DNA of 62,230 bases, filler included, from Nemertoderma westbladi (lineage: Eukaryota; Animalia; Xenacoelomorpha), in assembly GCA_032718475.1 (NCBI GenBank). It is 3 parts of 3 records of this genome, joined end to end, with 100 filler letters (N's around TTAATTAATTAA, not from the genome) between each part and the next. Parts side by side here need not be neighbours in the genome. Positions count along the whole stretch, not along the records: positions 1 to 19,523 come from JAUCBJ010000729.1; 2 more parts are not named here. The stretch is one strand, 5' to 3'. The notes beneath the pieces are model-generated. The model did no database searches. It had not been told where the DNA came from and worked only from the letters and a program-made list of their open reading frames with translations. A program made the translations under genes and the position numbers. Shown here in pieces: positions 1-12,575 of this stretch; position 1 is the stretch's first letter; every line of letters begins with the position of its first letter.

Positions 1-1036
1 AGCTAGAAGCTGAACACAAGGGTGGGGGATATAATGGTGTTAGAAGGATTACTTATTATTATGCACATTACTGTTTTTGTGAGCTTTGCTCACTATGTGT
101 TTACCCCATGTTAAGTAGGGTACCTTTGGACACGTTCATGTGTTGTGGATATCCTAGATCTACAGTAGAATACGTATCCCATGGGATTCTGAGTATTTTT
201 TTAATAGGCAAGTCAATAAACAATATGTTTTTCTCAACTACATAGAACACTATGTAGTTAATTTCTTATTATATATTATATTAATGAACAAATAATAATA
301 ATATACAACATTTAACTTACACTAAAGGGGCCTTCCGCAGCACGAAGTATAGATTTACTGTAGTAGCAGTAAAATACAAGAAATATATTTGTTGGAGCAC
401 TGTAGCTTTAATATAAATTTATAATATTTCTTATTAGTAATTAGTTTTAAATTGTCAGTTTTTTGAGCCACCATTTTATAACCAGACACATCGAATAAAC
501 TTCAGTTTCTTCTGGGAAATATTGAAGTTTATACTGTATATAGGCCTAACTTAGAGTCTCGTCAGGCACCAATACCTTTCAGTTTCATATGGTCTCTTAT
601 ACAATCTTTTACGTGGGAACGTTCCATCGGTAGGAACACAGTAATCACGCTAACGTCATCTAACGCTGCTCGCGCTTTGGTGAGCGCAAACGCTCGCGTC
701 TACTTCTGATTCGCTCTACTGAATATTGTATGTCATCCCTAGAAAATAAATGTTAGTGGTAAGATACTATGTTAATGAGGAAAGTTTTCTTACCTCGGCT
801 AACGTTATGATTGATTGTACTTTATTTGTTAAGCAGACAATAAAGAGAAACATTACTCACAAATGTATCCTAGTATCATGCGGCCTCGTTTAACGGCCAA
901 ATTGAGAGGGGATAAGGAACTGAATTTATACATACCAAGCGCGAAATCGCGCAAAGGTACGCGTCTACAAACGCATAAATGAATGAATTTGATTTGCCTT
1001 GAATGGCTTACTACCAATCTTACTATTAAAAAAATT

Positions 1037-1108
1037 CACTGGAAGTTGGATTGAACTCGGTACCTAAAGATTCCAAGTCCAATGCTCTACCAACTTCGCC
1101 ACTGCGCC
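1037..1108 (-). pseudogene. tRNA-derived Pol III cassette / SINE head (tRNA-Pro(UGG)-like)
   Basis: Minus strand reads GGCGCAG TGGCGAAGTTGGT AGAGCA TTGGA CTTGGAA TCTTT AGGTA CCGAGTTCAATCC. It has an A box, a B box, an anticodon-like loop CTTGGAA and a T-run just downstream. The acceptor and T stems do not pair, so it is not a functional tRNA. Confidence 0.7.
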
Positions 1109-1210
1109 ATATGAAGGTATACAAATAAAACCCAACTGGAAATTATCAACAAGGGAGTGAATACTAGAGGTCTCACTACGCGGACCTCAAAAATGTATGT
1201 TGATTGGCAA

Positions 1211-1880
1211 TTAATTATATTTAATATCATGGTCTAACCTTACGACCGGAAAGGCCCGACCCATTCTAGATCCATTCTCTCTCCCCCTCCACGCTGACTC
1301 AACTGTTTCCCTCCTGACATCCCCCACCGCTTCCATCACCCTTGATCTCTCCCACGCCATCCTATCCTCCCTCATCCTTCTTTCTAGCGCCATCCTCACC
1401 CTCCTCTGTTTAATCTCCAACCACTCCCTCTCTTATCTCCTCCTGCTCCAACCTCCCTCTCTCCAGGCCTAATCTCCTCGGACTCCCCATCCTCCCTATG
1501 ACCCCTCTCCGCCTCTATCACCATTTCTTTGTCACGTTCGCACCCCATCAGCTACAGATGTTCCACGTCTATCTGTTCCCCCGCACCGATCATCTGCAGC
1601 TGGTGGTGGTGCAACACCTCTTGCTCTTCCACCCCCCCCCCCCCCCCCCCATAGACACCGACTCCTCCCTCCCTCCAGCAGTCTCGACTCCCCCCATCAC
1701 TCCTCCCTCCTTCTCGCCGTGTCTTCTCATCTAAACGCAACCGCCGCCTCCCTATCTCTTTCCAACGCCATCTCCTCCTCCAATCTTCTCTCCTCACCAT
1801 CCCAAACTCTTCACTACAATCTTGCCAATCCTCCTCACTTTCTTCTTTTCCTTTCCCTCAAATTTGCACCTTTCCCATTA
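1211..1880 (-). mobile_element. Decayed purine-rich Glu/Arg-rich reading frame, probably the internal region of a retroelement
   Basis: Strong strand asymmetry and broken E/R-rich ORFs (1211-1420, 1552-1800). Composition resembles 42900-43630. No recognisable domain. Confidence 0.3.
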
Positions 1881-2519
1881 TTTTATTATAGTTAACCGTA
1901 TAAAATAAAATAATAAATATATTAACTACAGTATCAGCAATCAACATACAAATAATACAGGCCTAAATATATAATACAGTATAAATATAATATTATGGGT
2001 AATATTTATAGGATCGGCCTATATATCATTAACATTAATAAACTACTAAACTATCTGACTAGCACTTTTATCAATGTACTAAATTCGAACTTAAACAATG
2101 TTTGTCTATTGCATAAGAATGGCGATTCTGTAATAAGGACGTCGTCTTCTAATAAATCCTCTTAGACCTTCTACTACTGTATAATTATTTACATTAATTA
2201 GATAGGCCTACTAGTGCCGTACCTTAACTATTAGGCCTACTGTAGGGCCTATTAATTATGGGCAGTGATTTTTTAGCACATTATAGACAGTAGTCATGAT
2301 CCATTATAAAACTGATAAATTATGTGAAAGGTATATCTATATTTTCCACAATCCAGTTTGGCCTATCAATTATTTAAAATTTATTAGCACAACCGGTCAG
2401 CCGGTAGGCCTACCATCTGACCATTACCGTATTTAAATGGTAGGCTACACAGTAGGCCTACAGCACTACCGGGGCCGGTACCGGTACCTACTAAAATACC
2501 TAAAATACTGAAATACCTG

Positions 2520-2632
2520 CTTTATACCGGGTATAACTTTTGCGTAGAGGTATAGCCTACATAGAGGCTACATGTAGGTATGTGTAGCCTACATGTAGAT
2601 GCACGTGTAGGGTGAATGTAGGTAGGTGTAGG
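2520..2632. repeat. Dispersed repeat with an inverted copy at about 8588-8700
   Basis: TTTTGCGTAGAGGTATAGCCTACATAGAGGCT...GTAGGGTGAATGTAGGTAGGTGTAG is the near-exact reverse complement of 8588-8700. Confidence 0.8.
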
Positions 2633-4632
2633 TAGGTCTTTAAAAACAACAATGATGAATGAATAGGCCTACACGGGGTACCCGGACCCGAACTTCCTCG
2701 ATGACATGCGAATGCGGCGAACGGGGGTGGTACCCGGAACAACCACGAAGAGATGCGCATATGGCGGGCGGTGGTACCCGAAACAACCAGGAGGAGATGC
2801 GAATACGTCGAATGGGCGTCCCCTGAATACCCACGAGACGGAGCCTATCAATACTACAGTACTGACAAAGGAAAAAACGACTGAACGATATACCGATACA
2901 TACTGTAGATCTTATGATCCTGCGGGTTCAGGCATGGAGGCTAATGACTTTGTACTGTATGGGCCGAACGGCCCGAACCTGATGTTTCCAGTCAAGGAGG
3001 AATCGACTAACGGTTAGGGTTAGAGCTCGTCGTCGGTGTCCATGAGGGTCTGAGGATGAGTGGGTAATTCAACAAAACGCTAACAATGATACCAGACTGA
3101 CTGATTGAACCAGAGTGGCGATGGTAGTCGCTGATGTATATATATTATATATATCATGTATTGATTGTTAGTAGATATTTTTTTATAGTATTTGTTTATT
3201 AAATTGTCTTCAATGTCTATATTGATAATATTGTGTGCTGTGCTGATTTTTCATTTTATAAATCTTGCTGTGGCCGTTTTAATATACTAAACTGCCATAT
3301 CAATTTCATGATATTTTACTGTTTTAATGGATATGCAATTTAACTTTTTTTTTCTATTAACTTTCAATGCAATCAAATATAACTGTAAAGCTATTGACTT
3401 TCGTGTTATTGTTTTGCTGTTACTTCGAGATGGGATTTGAATCCCATCGGATTACTGATTAATTTCCATCATCGAGATGGGAAACTTTATAATGAAACAG
3501 TGTGGTGGTCCGCGGGATAGTGGGAAGGGATGGGACTGTTGCTGGTTGGTGGAATGTCAGTAGGGAACATACCCTTAAATAAGCTCCAAAAGTGGGTTCT
3601 TATTTAAGGAAAATGGCTCTTATTTAGGGGTTTTTGGGCCTTTTTTGGATATTTTTTCGATATAATATGAAATAACTTGTTTCAGGAAAAAATACCGCAT
3701 AATTTTATTTCACAATGTAAAAGTTGGGTCTTTCTTGAACATAAAGCAAAAAACCAGAAAACATTTCACCGTCCTGTTTTTTTTCTACAAGCGTTTTAAA
3801 ATTGCATCAAAAATACGACTAGGTGTTACTGGTAGCTTGGCCGAGGCCGTTGGAGAAAATCGTTCAGAGTTTTGATGTTGTTTCTTGGTCTTGCAATATA
3901 GTCCCTAAATAAGGGGGATTTTTTAAATTTACCTTATTTAAGATATCGAAATTGTACACATAAATACTAAAAGTCCCTAAATAAGAACTTTTTGACCTGG
4001 GTTTCTTATTTAGGAATACAATTGTATTCCAAAATCTGCACATTCCTTAAATAAAATAAATATTCCTTATTCCTTACAGTGTGTGTTACACTTCTTTCAT
4101 AATTCTTTGATTTATGTCAGTCTGTATATTGCTAATTGTTGGGTTAAGGATAAGGACAATGGTTGTACTGCACTCTATAAATCCTCTATAGAATATCGTA
4201 TCATAATGAAGTCGCTAGCACTGGCATTCTTACCTCACACGGTAGCATAGAATAGCCCATTGATATTGAAAAGAATAGCCCATCGCCCATCTGAGCGCAG
4301 ATACATTGTCACGTATTTCGATATGACTCACATATGACAGTATGACTCAAGTAACTGGACATCGCCGCACAGTTTCGAAAAACTAACTTGTGTCCTGCAT
4401 TTCCTCTTCTGCTCCGCGTTACGCCCCTCTTAGATGGATTGTCCACAATGTTGTACTTGAAAGGTGTGAAAAAAGTGAAAAACCAATGTCAATGTCATGT
4501 CAATACTCAATAGGCACAAAGATGGTTCGGTTGGGCAGCTGATAGACGTTATGAAGGTTGAAGATGATGACGTTTTGGCTCAACTGGCTCAGGCAGGAGT
4601 GGGACACGTTCGTGGGACCTTTGCGCAGCATG

Positions 4633-4935
4633 AAGTGAGCAAAGCCTTAGCTAGCCCTAGCTGACCCCATTAACATGTTGTCTTTCGTTAGTCAGAGGTC
4701 GTTCAACACAATACTCGTCTCCTTAATTTGCCTCATTGCGTTCGTTTGTTTTTTACCAAACTTCAGATTATTTCAATCTTTTGACAGACTACATACATAC
4801 TAAGTTTCGTTTAATTTCATCAAGGAATGACCGAGTTATTAGCGATAAAAAAATTTACAACGACGACAGACAACTCGTTAATAGCACCCATATCATATGC
4901 TAAGCTTCGCTCACTTGAACGTGGCTCTCCCCCAC
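4633..4935. mobile_element. Short non-autonomous repeat with (sub)terminal inverted repeats, possibly Helentron/DINE-like; related copy at about 12010-12255
   Basis: AAGTGAGCAAAGCCTTAGC ... GCTAAGCTTCGCTCACTT form an inverted pair. The internal TTTCATCAA(G/A)GA(A/T)TGACCGA.TTATTAG and the tail CGTGGCTC.CCCC are shared with 12132-12252. Confidence 0.45.
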
Positions 4936-4954
4936 ATTCAATCCGGTTCGACGC

Positions 4955-7215
4955 AGTTGCTCGTTGTTACGCATTGCTGCTCATTGTGCTTTATTATTTC
5001 TCATTGTTGCTTGTTGGTGCTCATTGTTGCTCGTTAGTTGTACTTCATTATTGCTCGCTGTTGCTCGCTGTTGCTCGTTGTACTCTATTATTGCTCGTTG
5101 TAGCTCATTATTGCTCATTGTTACTCATTGTTTCTCGTTGTTGTACTTTATTATTGCTCATTGTTGCTCAATATTACTCGTTGTTGCTCGTTCAGTCGTT
5201 GTTGCGTTGTACTTTATTATTGCTCATTGTTGCTCAATATTACTCGTTGTTGCTCGTTCAGTTGTTGTTGCTCATTGTTGCTCGTTCAGTCATTGTACTT
5301 TATTATTGCTCATTGTTGCTCAATATATCTCGTTGTTGCTCAATATAACTCGTTGTTGCTCGTTCAGTCGTTGTTGCTCATTATTGCTCATTGTTTCTCG
5401 TTGTTGCTCGTTGTTGCTCGTTGTTGTTCTTTATTATTGCTCATTGTTGCTCAGTGTTTCTCATTGTTGCTCGTTGTTGCTCAATGTTACTCGTTGTTAT
5501 ACTTTTTTATTGCTCAATGTTACTCGTTGTTACTCATTGTCATTGTTGCTCATTGTTACTCATTCAGTCATTGTTCCTCATGTCCTAATTATTGGTCGTT
5601 GTTTCTCGTGGTTGTACTTTATTATTGTTCATTGTCTGATTGTTGCTCGTTGTTTCTCAATGTTGCTCGTTGTTGTACTTTATTATTGCTCGTTCAGTCG
5701 TTGTTCCTCATTGTTGCTCGCTGTTTCTCGTTGTTGTACTTTATTATTACTCATTGTTGCTCGGTGTTTCTAAATGTTACACGTTGTTGCTCATTGTTGC
5801 TCGTTGTTGCTCATTATTACTCATTGTTACTCGTTGTTGCTCGTTGTTGTACTTTATTATTGCTCGTTAGATAGATAGATAGATAGATTTATTTATACAT
5901 TATGTAAAAACAATAACAAATACACCAAACAATGTACCGGTATAAAGGTATTGTCCAACATAACATATAGGATTACCCCTAAAGCTTTGCAGCTTATTTC
6001 CAAGGGGGTCCTTTATGTTACTTGGTTACAAATACAATATTACACTACGCTAACCTAAAACCAATATAAAACGTAATTACACTATGTACATGTACAACTT
6101 TACCGAGAGCGTGACAATGCCCGACTCAACGATAAAGATGTAATGTACAGAACAATTTATTATAAAACGTATTTACAGCATAAATAGTAAATAATTAATA
6201 AGCTAATAACTTACTGTAGGACTATTGTACCTATTTTTACATTGCACACGGAGATGAGATTTAACTGCAGATTTAAAAGAATGTTGATTATTTAGGTTTT
6301 TAATTTCATTAGGCAGAGCGTTCCAATTTTTTATGCCGTTAAAAAAGAAAGTATCAGATTCAAAGGATTTACAATTCGGGAGGTAGAAGTTTGAAGCACT
6401 AGCTCTGGTACTGTAAGAGTGTGTATCGCGTACTCTGTTGAATTTTTGTTTTAGGTAATTGGGACATTTGCCATTATACACTTTATGCACATGGTTAAGG
6501 CGTAGCTGCTTAACTCTACTATCTAAGTTAAGTAGTCCAGATTCAGAAAAGTCATCTGGAGTTAGGTGGTGCCTAGGTTTGTAGTCTTTAATAAATCGTA
6601 CTACTTTATTCTGAGCTACTTGTAATTTACATTTAAGCTGTTTGGTTAAGCCTTCATACCAAGAAGAGCACGCATAGTCCATGTGACACTGTATTAAAGA
6701 AGAGCAAAGTAACTTGCGGGAGTCGGTGTTTAAACTATTTTTATTTCTGTATAGAAACCTAAGCCTACAGTCGTTGTTCCTCATTGTTGCTCGCTGTTTC
6801 TCGTTGTTGCTCGTTGTTGTACTTTATTATTACTCATTGTTGCTCGGTGTTTCTCAATGTTACTCGTTATTGCTCATTGTTGCTCGTTCAGTCGTTGTTC
6901 CTCATTATTGCTCATTGTTGTTCGTTGTTTCTCGCTGTTGCTCGTTGTTGTACTTTATTATTGCTCCTTTTTGCTCATTGTTGCTCAATGTGTTACTCGT
7001 AGTACTCGTAGTTGCTCTTGTTACTCGTAGTTGCTCATTGTTGCTCGTTCAGTCGTTGTTCCTCATTATTGCTCGTTGTTGTACTTTATTATTGCTCAAT
7101 GTTACTCGTTGTTGCTAATTGTTGCTCGTTGTTACTCGTTGTTGCTCGTTGTTTTGTTACTCATTGTTCATTTGTTGCTCGTTGTTGCTTATTGTTGGTC
7201 ATTGTTGCTCGTTGT
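4955..7215. repeat. Low-complexity tandem array based on TTGTTGCTC(G/A) with higher-order units, interrupted by a LINE fragment
   Basis: Visible 10-bp reiteration. The L/C/S/V-rich ORFs here are translations of the repeat. Confidence 0.95.
5869..6767 (-). mobile_element. 5'-truncated CR1/L2-group (Crack/Daphne-like) LINE: ORF2 C-terminus, 3' UTR and (TATC)n tail
   Basis: ORF 6203-6784 has DYACSSWY, LQVAQNKVVRFI, HSYSTR, WNALP and SFK..VK.HL motifs typical of CR1/L2 ORF2 ends. The minus strand ends in AATAAA plus TATC repeats. Confidence 0.85.
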
Positions 7216-9017
7216 GCATTTTTGCACCTATCCAATTAAGCTCAGAAGCTCCCTTATCTCTGCATCTTGCAATGTCCTGTCAAGGTTAGGCAGTTAGACA
7301 GGTAGGAGGTCATAACTGTCATAAGCAGATAAGGGCAGAAGGAGGACGGGGCTGGGATACGAGGTTATAAGATTTAATTTATTTAATTTAATATATGAGA
7401 AATGAGGCCAGTATTGGTTGACAAAAGGAGATACGCAATCCGTATCCCATTGTGCCTCATAATAGCCTCTCGTCAACAAGTCAACCCCATCGACTAGCGG
7501 CACTGGCTGTTTCAGCTGACGGGGCTTTGTCGAAAAACGCGTCCCTGATGCAGTAAGGGCCCTCTTTTGACTGTTTGAGGAGCAATATTATTATTGTCGC
7601 GGAACTGCTTCTACTCTCTGCTGCTCTGTGAGAAATATTTAATTTATTTAAGGAGTATGCAGATTTTGGAATGAAATTCTATACCTAAATAAGAAACCCA
7701 TGTCAAAAAGTTCTTATTTAAGGACTTTAAGTATTTGTGTATAATTTCGATGTCTTAAATAAGGTAAATTTAAAAAATCCCTCTTATTTAGGAACTGGTC
7801 GTATTTTTGATGCAATTTTAAAACGCTTGTAGAAAAAAAACCGGACGGTGAAATGTTTTCTGGTTTTTTGCATTATGTTCAAGAAAGAACCAACTTTTAT
7901 ATTGTGAAATAAAATTATGCGGTATTTTTTACTGAAACAAGTTCTTGCATATTATGTCGAAAAAATATCCAAAAAAGGCCCAAAAACCCCTAAATAAGAG
8001 CCATTTTCCTTAAATAAGAACCCACTTTTGGAGCTTATTTAAGGGTATGTTCCCTACTGAATGTGACTGCCTGAAAAATTAAAACAAACAAAACTTCCAG
8101 ACTTCTATATTTTTACTTTCAAAACAAAACGTCCAAAACATTTCAATGCTGAAGTACTGTTCAAGTCCCATGAATGTATGGTTGATAAACAGATAAAGAG
8201 GGGCAGAGGGGGGTCAGGGTTTCTGGTAGACTATAGTCCCCGCGATGATGGCTGTTCTTGTTTAGGTTACTCTTACTCAATAAACATATAAATCAGAACG
8301 AGTTAATCTAATGGAACGATGCCTTTCGTGGCGTTAGCATACTCAAATTTATTAGGGCATAATATTTATGACGAGTAAGGGACTTTAGTATAATCAGAAC
8401 GCGATGTTTGATATTTATACAGTACTGCAGTATGCAGTAAAACCTGTTGTCTGACAGCAGACAGGTCTGCAGGTTGATGTACCGTATTGTACCGTGGAGA
8501 TCAGAGATTATTGCCATACATCCTGATTGACGACCGTGTATCACGTTACTGCAAGTTGACACATAAATTACATTAATATCTATGGGACTACACCTACCTA
8601 CATTCACCCTACACATGCATCTACTTGTAGGCTACACATACGGTACCTACATGAAGCCTCTATGTAGGCTATACCTCTACGCAAAAGATATACCCCTTTA
8701 TACCTAGACATCTGTACATATAATACAGCAATACTGCAAAATAGTGATCTATATACCAATACCGGTACTTATCTGCTGATAGCCTGAGAGAACAGCAGTA
8801 GAGAAACCGGTAGCATGGAACCTAACGCTAACGGTAAATTTCTGGAGGACATAAAAAGTCAAGAAAGAGGACATCATGAGTGATTTAAACGGACAATAAA
8901 AATTATTGCGTTAATTATGAACTATTTCAAGTTCAACTAACCGGTACCGGTACCGGTACCGGATTTCAAAAAAAAAATGTAGATAATAAAAATAATATTT
9001 AATAAGGAACAGGCAGA

Positions 9018-9345
9018 TAACTTGACGCCACCGTAGTAAGGCAGGTGGTAGGCCTACCTACCGTGAACAACAGCTATTGGCTGATTGGCTAAATTGAAAC
9101 TATGAAATTAACTAATCCTTAATGTTCGTACTTGTTCGATACGGTACAGGTAACGCAACATCGCTATTGCGTTATTGATTTTTACGACGGCGGCTTTTTA
9201 CTGGCTGACAACTTGACGCCACCAGAGTGCGGTAGGTACCTACCGTGAACAACAGCTATTGGCTAAATTGAAACTGAAAGTAACTAAGCTTCAGACTTGA
9301 TCGGTACGGTACCGGTAACGCAACTTCGCTATTGCGTTATTGACC
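9018..9345. repeat. Local tandem duplication (two ~135-165-bp units)
   Basis: AACTTGACGCCACC...CTACCGTGAACAACAGCTATTGGCT...GGTAACGCAAC.TCGCTATTGCGTTATTGA occurs at ~9018-9180 and ~9209-9345. Confidence 0.8.
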
Positions 9346-9842
9346 ACTAGGTGGCGTATTACTAATAACAGCAATTCCAGAAAATAAATTGCGTTCCATG
9401 GCAACGAATGCAAACACATTGCAAGGTTCATCCATCTTGCATAGTATTGTCTTGATAATTACTTTACTACAGTATATTGAAAGTTAGTATCGGTACTGTT
9501 TATTTTACATAATATTTATTAATTATAAATAATAAAAAAAAATGTAATATAAAAAGGAGTAATTTGTAAACATAATTATTATACCGGTACACAATACCTC
9601 GTTCGATATCAACATATTTTATAAAACGAAGTAGTTTTCTATAGAAAACTACTTTTTCACGGTTTTAAATATAAAATCACACTACAGCACTAGGCAATAT
9701 TTTGGAATTATTTTAAACATTATAAAGAATGGCTCTCATTTAGAAATATATTGTTTCGTACTGAAATTTTCGTAAAATATCCTGCCCGAAATTTCCCGTT
9801 TATTCCCGAATACACATACTCCCATGTTATAATGATAATAGT

Positions 9843-10125
9843 GGCCCATGTGAAGAATACCAGACATTCTGCCGTTATATTTCACTTTGCAGTTACCCCC
9901 ATGTGAAGAATACCAGGTTTTCACCAAAAGCACAGGTTACAGAAGGGCTGAATCTAACCAAAACAATAATTCAAACGAATTCGTATATCTACAGGTTATA
10001 AGACAGAAACAACCGCTATAAAACAGCTAATAAAGATAAATTTATAAAAATAAAAAATCTTCATATATAAAATACCAATAAAAAGTCGACCGAAAAGTGA
10101 AATCCTGGTATTCTTCACATGGGCG
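9843..10125. mobile_element. MITE with 20-bp TIRs and an 8-9-bp TSD (Merlin-like)
   Basis: GCCCATGTGAAGAATACCAG ... CTGGTATTCTTCACATGGGC, with an extra internal TIR copy at ~9898. (G)ATAATAGT is duplicated on both flanks. A GG terminus with an 8-9-bp TSD fits Merlin. Confidence 0.75.
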
Positions 10126-11023
10126 ATAATAGTAACATCTCAGTCAGATCCAACCCCCTACTGAGCGTTACGTAATATGTGAACAACCCCTTTTTTCATT
10201 GTTTTAGAATATTTGATCTATCAGGCTAGGCCTATCTACAGTATTATCATTTTACTATAATATTGATCAAAACATTAAATAAATTAATATGGGGCGAATA
10301 GGCCTCGACTTGGAAGGTGAGGCGAATCTGTCAACTTACAACGTCATATGCCCCAAAAATCTGGGCGAAAATGATTGGGGCAAAATAGGTCGAGGGGCGA
10401 ATCAACTCGCACCCATATTCTGTAGGGGCTGTAACGTCCAACCATAGAGAAGCACACCGGGAGAAGTGCGACGCTGATTGGCTAGAGAGCAGTGTGACAG
10501 CTGATTGGCTGACAGTACAGAAGTTACGTTTACGAATTCATAAGCCAGGGTTTGGGCCTATGTTGTAGTACTGTAGTACTGACACTGTTGTAGCTACCGC
10601 TGTACCGGTACTGGTATTTTTGCAAGAATTTAATGGTTCGGCTGTTTTTTTGACACATCGGGTTCGCCGATGTGTCGCTGGCTGCAGTACTACTGTACTA
10701 ACCTCCAACGAAGCCGACGTAAACCTTGACGAGTCACGGTTGTTGGCGCAGCTGGTTCATATTACAGTATTACCGGTACCGGAAAGAAGTTTCCAACAAC
10801 CGCCACGTCCGACGCACACCATTCGATACATCCACCGCGGGTCATAAAAGGACCACACAGTATGCAGTACAGCCGGATTGTATACCTCCGGTACAGGTAC
10901 TATAAAACATCTGGCAGTCTGGTACTGTGGTATACCGGTACCGGTATTATTATCGAATATTATTACTGTATTACAGTATTATATCATCTGATCATCACAA
11001 TCTGACAATGAGTATCATAGCCC

Positions 11024-11690
11024 TTGACGTCTCGCAGAATAAAGTTGATCGGTGGACCTATCGAATTAACCATGGGTTCGCCGATATGTCGCTGGCCGCG
11101 CCGCGGTTTTATCTTCGAACGAAGGGGATCTCGATATGGAGGAAAAGCGCCTTCTGGCGCAGATCGTTCACGTAAAGAAGGCGCCGTCGACCTCCGGTAC
11201 GACGACCGGGGTGAACGTCGTGCGACGAACGCCTTACGATACCTCCTCCGCCGGCTGGCCGGCCGGCCATAGGAGGAATGTACAATACTCCCGGGTTGTA
11301 TCTCTTTGGTATTAATTGTTCTGAGATGTTTGTTATAGTTACTAAGAAGGCAACAGAGGGGGTGGCGCTCTTCCTTGATCATAAACTGTCGGTCGGGGGT
11401 TACTGCTACGTGGTTGCCCCCGGGTTTAACTATGGAGAGTCCCCTTTGTAGAGTCGCCCCAACTACGTTCCCCTTCCTGTCGGGCTCCTTGTGGTTCGGA
11501 CGAAGGCGCCATTTGTCATCGTGGTGGCTCATCCGCGAGGAACGGCTGTTTCCTTTGCGGATGCGGCTGCGGTTTCTGCGACGGCAGTTTTAAATTCGCT
11601 TGCCCGGCAGTCGACAAAGACAGCACAAAGGCAGTCGACAGCCCAAAGAAAGACTTTAATTTATTTATTTTATAATAAATAATTATAATA
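11024..11690 (+). mobile_element. Possible LTR-retrotransposon 3' remnant (pol tail, purine tract, TGT start)
   Basis: A GC-rich ORF ending RYLLRRLAGRP* is followed immediately by AGGAGGAA-TGTAC at ~11279. No partner LTR was found. Confidence 0.3.
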
Positions 11691-12575
11691 ATTGTGCTCC
11701 TTATCTAATCTAATTCAGTGCTATACTGTGTATTTCTCATTAGTTATATTATAATTTGCCTCGCCTGAGGCGTATCTTCTTCTCTAAAATTAGTTTTTAA
11801 TTGAAGTTTGTGTAGTGTTTGATTTTAAGACCGAATCGTTTTATATTTTTTTTTACTTAATCGTTATCTTGTTTTTATTTCAATTCTCTGATAATTATGT
11901 TCTTTAGTCACACCCATTAGTGTTCCCGGAAGTGACCCTGGGTGATTTTTCTCCCTATTAATTTTTTATATTAATTGTGTAATAAATAAATAAATAAAAT
12001 AAATAAATAGAATGAGCCTTAGCATAGGGATACAATTAGGGGACCGTCGCCGAGGAACTACATAACATAAGTGTGTCAGTGTTGATGTGTTGGCGTTTGA
12101 AAGACAACGTTGTGTACAGAAGTTTGGTTCCATTTCATCAAAGATTGACCGACTTATTAGAGCTCAAACATTTCCAACGACGAAGAAAGACGGTCTACTA
12201 GTTACACCGACATTCTAAAGACTCACCTAGACTAGAGTTCGTGGCTCGCCCCATGCACGCCCACACCATATCACCTTTCAGTTTTTCTATTCTACTCATG
12301 GGTTATTCGTATCTGTTACCACCAAGCAAGAACAAACAGTAGCTCTCTCAACATATTATATTATATTTAATATATTGTGAAGGAGCATTGCGATCCGGGA
12401 TCTTCCGGCGAATTTAGATACAAGGTGAAGGTGCACATACAGTTATCCTAGACAAAAAAAACTTAAGGCAAATTTAGATATAAGGCGAACTTATATTCTA
12501 CAGTAGGTGAACTTCTGGTAAATGTAGACGTTGGTGAACATAGATCCTGGGATAAACATAGATCCAAAGCGAACA

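Larger units (their letters stand above)
3558..8059. mobile_element. 4.5-kb non-autonomous foldback-type DNA transposon with 420-500-bp TIRs and a 5-bp TSD
   Basis: The left arm 3558-~4055 (CAGTAGGGAACATACCCTTAAATAAG...) is the reverse complement of the right arm ~7640-8059 (...CTTATTTAAGGGTATGTTCCCTACTG). AATGT flanks both sides (3553-3557, 8060-8064). The arms contain repeated CCTTAAATAAG motifs. Confidence 0.85.

Noticed and set aside
1037-1108. Functional tRNA-Pro gene
   Set aside because: The acceptor, anticodon and T stems do not pair properly.
2706-3017. 103-aa ORF in a GC-richer patch with a 45-bp tandem duplication
   Set aside because: No recognisable domain or splice context; probably repeat-derived.
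4827-7297. Long Leu/Cys/Val-rich ORFs that look like membrane proteins
   Set aside because: They are translations of the TTGTTGCTC(G/A) array, open in several frames at once.
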